Assembly (NCBI GenBank): GCA_965237525.1
Contig: CBDEFO010000008.1
Location: 1,920,001-1,984,000, forward strand
Reading direction: 5' to 3'
DNA: 64,000 nucleotides
Source of the DNA: Candidatus Latescibacterota bacterium
Lineage (GTDB): Bacteria; Latescibacterota; CBDEFO01
A program made the position numbers and the translations under genes. Under the pieces are notes generated by a model. That model had not been told where the DNA came from, did not search any database, and worked only from the letters and a program-made list of their open reading frames with translations. Shown here piece by piece: positions 62,979 through 64,000 of this stretch (its first letter is position 1; every line of letters begins with the position of its first letter).

Positions 62979-63869
62979 CTACGTATATTCCTGACCCACT
63001 AGCTGCTCGTAGGCTTCTTTGTACTTTTCCAGAGTCCTCTGGACAATATCCTCCGGAAGTTCGGGCGCAGGTGGCGTCTTGTCCCAATCGAGCGTGTCCA
63101 GATAGTCTCTCACAAATTGCTTGTCGAAGCTGTCCTGCGGGCCTCCGGGACGGTACTTGTCCTTTGGCCAGAATCTGGACGAATCGGGAGAGAGTATCTC
63201 GTCTATAAGGATCGTCTCTCCGTCACTTATACCGAACTCAAACTTGGTGTCAGCTATGATTATGCCCTTTTCCTGTGCGTAATCGTGCGCTTTCTTATAT
63301 ATCGCTATGGTCAAATCTCTCAACTTTTCAAGGACTTCCATCTCTACTATCTCCGCTGCTTCCTCAAACGAGATGTTCTCATCGTGTCCGGAATCGGCCT
63401 TAGTCGCCGGCGTAAAGATGATCTGCGGCAGCCTGTCCGATTCTCGTAAGCCCTCGGGGAGCCTTATGCCGCAGACAGATCCCGAGGATTTATATTCCCT
63501 CCATCCTGAGCCAGAAAGATAACCCCTTGCCACGCATTCCAGATCGAGGCGATCTGCCTTTTTAACAAGCATCGACCTTCCATCCAAAACTTCTCGGAAC
63601 CCCTGAAGTTCCGGAGGATAGTCGTCCACTTCAGAGGCTACAAGGTGATTTCCGACTATATCCTGCATCATATCGAACCAGAAGATGGACATAGCTGTAA
63701 GGATTTTGCCCTTACCGGGGATGCCGTTGGGCATAATACAATCGTAGGCAGAGATTCTGTCTGTGGCTACGATAAGAAGCTTATCGTCCAGATCATATAC
63801 GTCTCTGACTTTGCCCCTTGTGAAGAGGTTCAGCCCGTTCAAGTCTGTCTTTATTAGGGCGTCATCCAT
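62979..63869 (-). CDS. purC: SAICAR synthetase
   Basis: [48 protein letters not shown]. Confidence 0.97.
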   Translation of the reverse strand: MDDALIKTDLNGLNLFTRGKVRDVYDLDDKLLIVATDRISAYDCIMPNGIPGKGKILTAMSIFWFDMMQDIVGNHLVASEVDDYPPELQGFREVLDGRSMLVKKADRLDLECVARGYLSGSGWREYKSSGSVCGIRLPEGLRESDRLPQIIFTPATKADSGHDENISFEEAAEIVEMEVLEKLRDLTIAIYKKAHDYAQEKGIIIADTKFEFGISDGETILIDEILSPDSSRFWPKDKYRPGGPQDSFDKQFVRDYLDTLDWDKTPPAPELPEDIVQRTLEKYKEAYEQLVGQEYT

Positions 63870-63960
63870 TGTTCCGCGCTTTGGAGTTTTGCAATCATTT
63901 AGGTAGTGAATTCGTATGAATCGCATCTATTTAGAGATGTTAGAGATGGTGGAACTAACT

Positions 63961-63989
63961 AATATATAGAGCATAAGGCTCTATGTCAA
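63961..63989 (-). promoter_or_regulatory. Sigma-70-like promoter upstream of purC
   Basis: TTGACA-17 nt-TATATT on the minus strand. Confidence 0.5.
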
Positions 63990-64000
63990 GTATTTTTGAC

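Overview
A 64-kb bacterial chromosomal segment. The gene content (FlgD-Ig-tailed secreted proteins, enolase-superfamily and PhyH paralogues, DUF3604) tentatively suggests Latescibacterota or a relative. The housekeeping backbone is polA, selC, cdaA, ispG, rdgB, tRNA-Arg, a MoxR/Bat + Gld-like ABC operon, HU, sppA, mreBC, purH and purC. It is heavily colonised by mobile DNA: two inverted IS1182-family copies, a decayed IS3-family element that splits a zinc-ribbon gene, and two inverted 249-bp MITE-like elements around a 12.6-kb mosaic of gene fragments. Three signals stand out. (1) An ultra-short palindrome, TCCCCGATAGATTCAATCGGGGA, occurs about 18 times. It sits inside protein-coding genes (in frame), an IS transposase (frameshifting it), a REP-like repeat and another copy of itself. 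(2) An IS256-ended, non-autonomous, Pack-MULE-like element carries an LRR-Roc-COR gene and a sulfatase-like fragment. (3) An apparent solo integron cassette is inserted exactly at the rdgB-ispG junction. All calls are by eye; no database searches were run.
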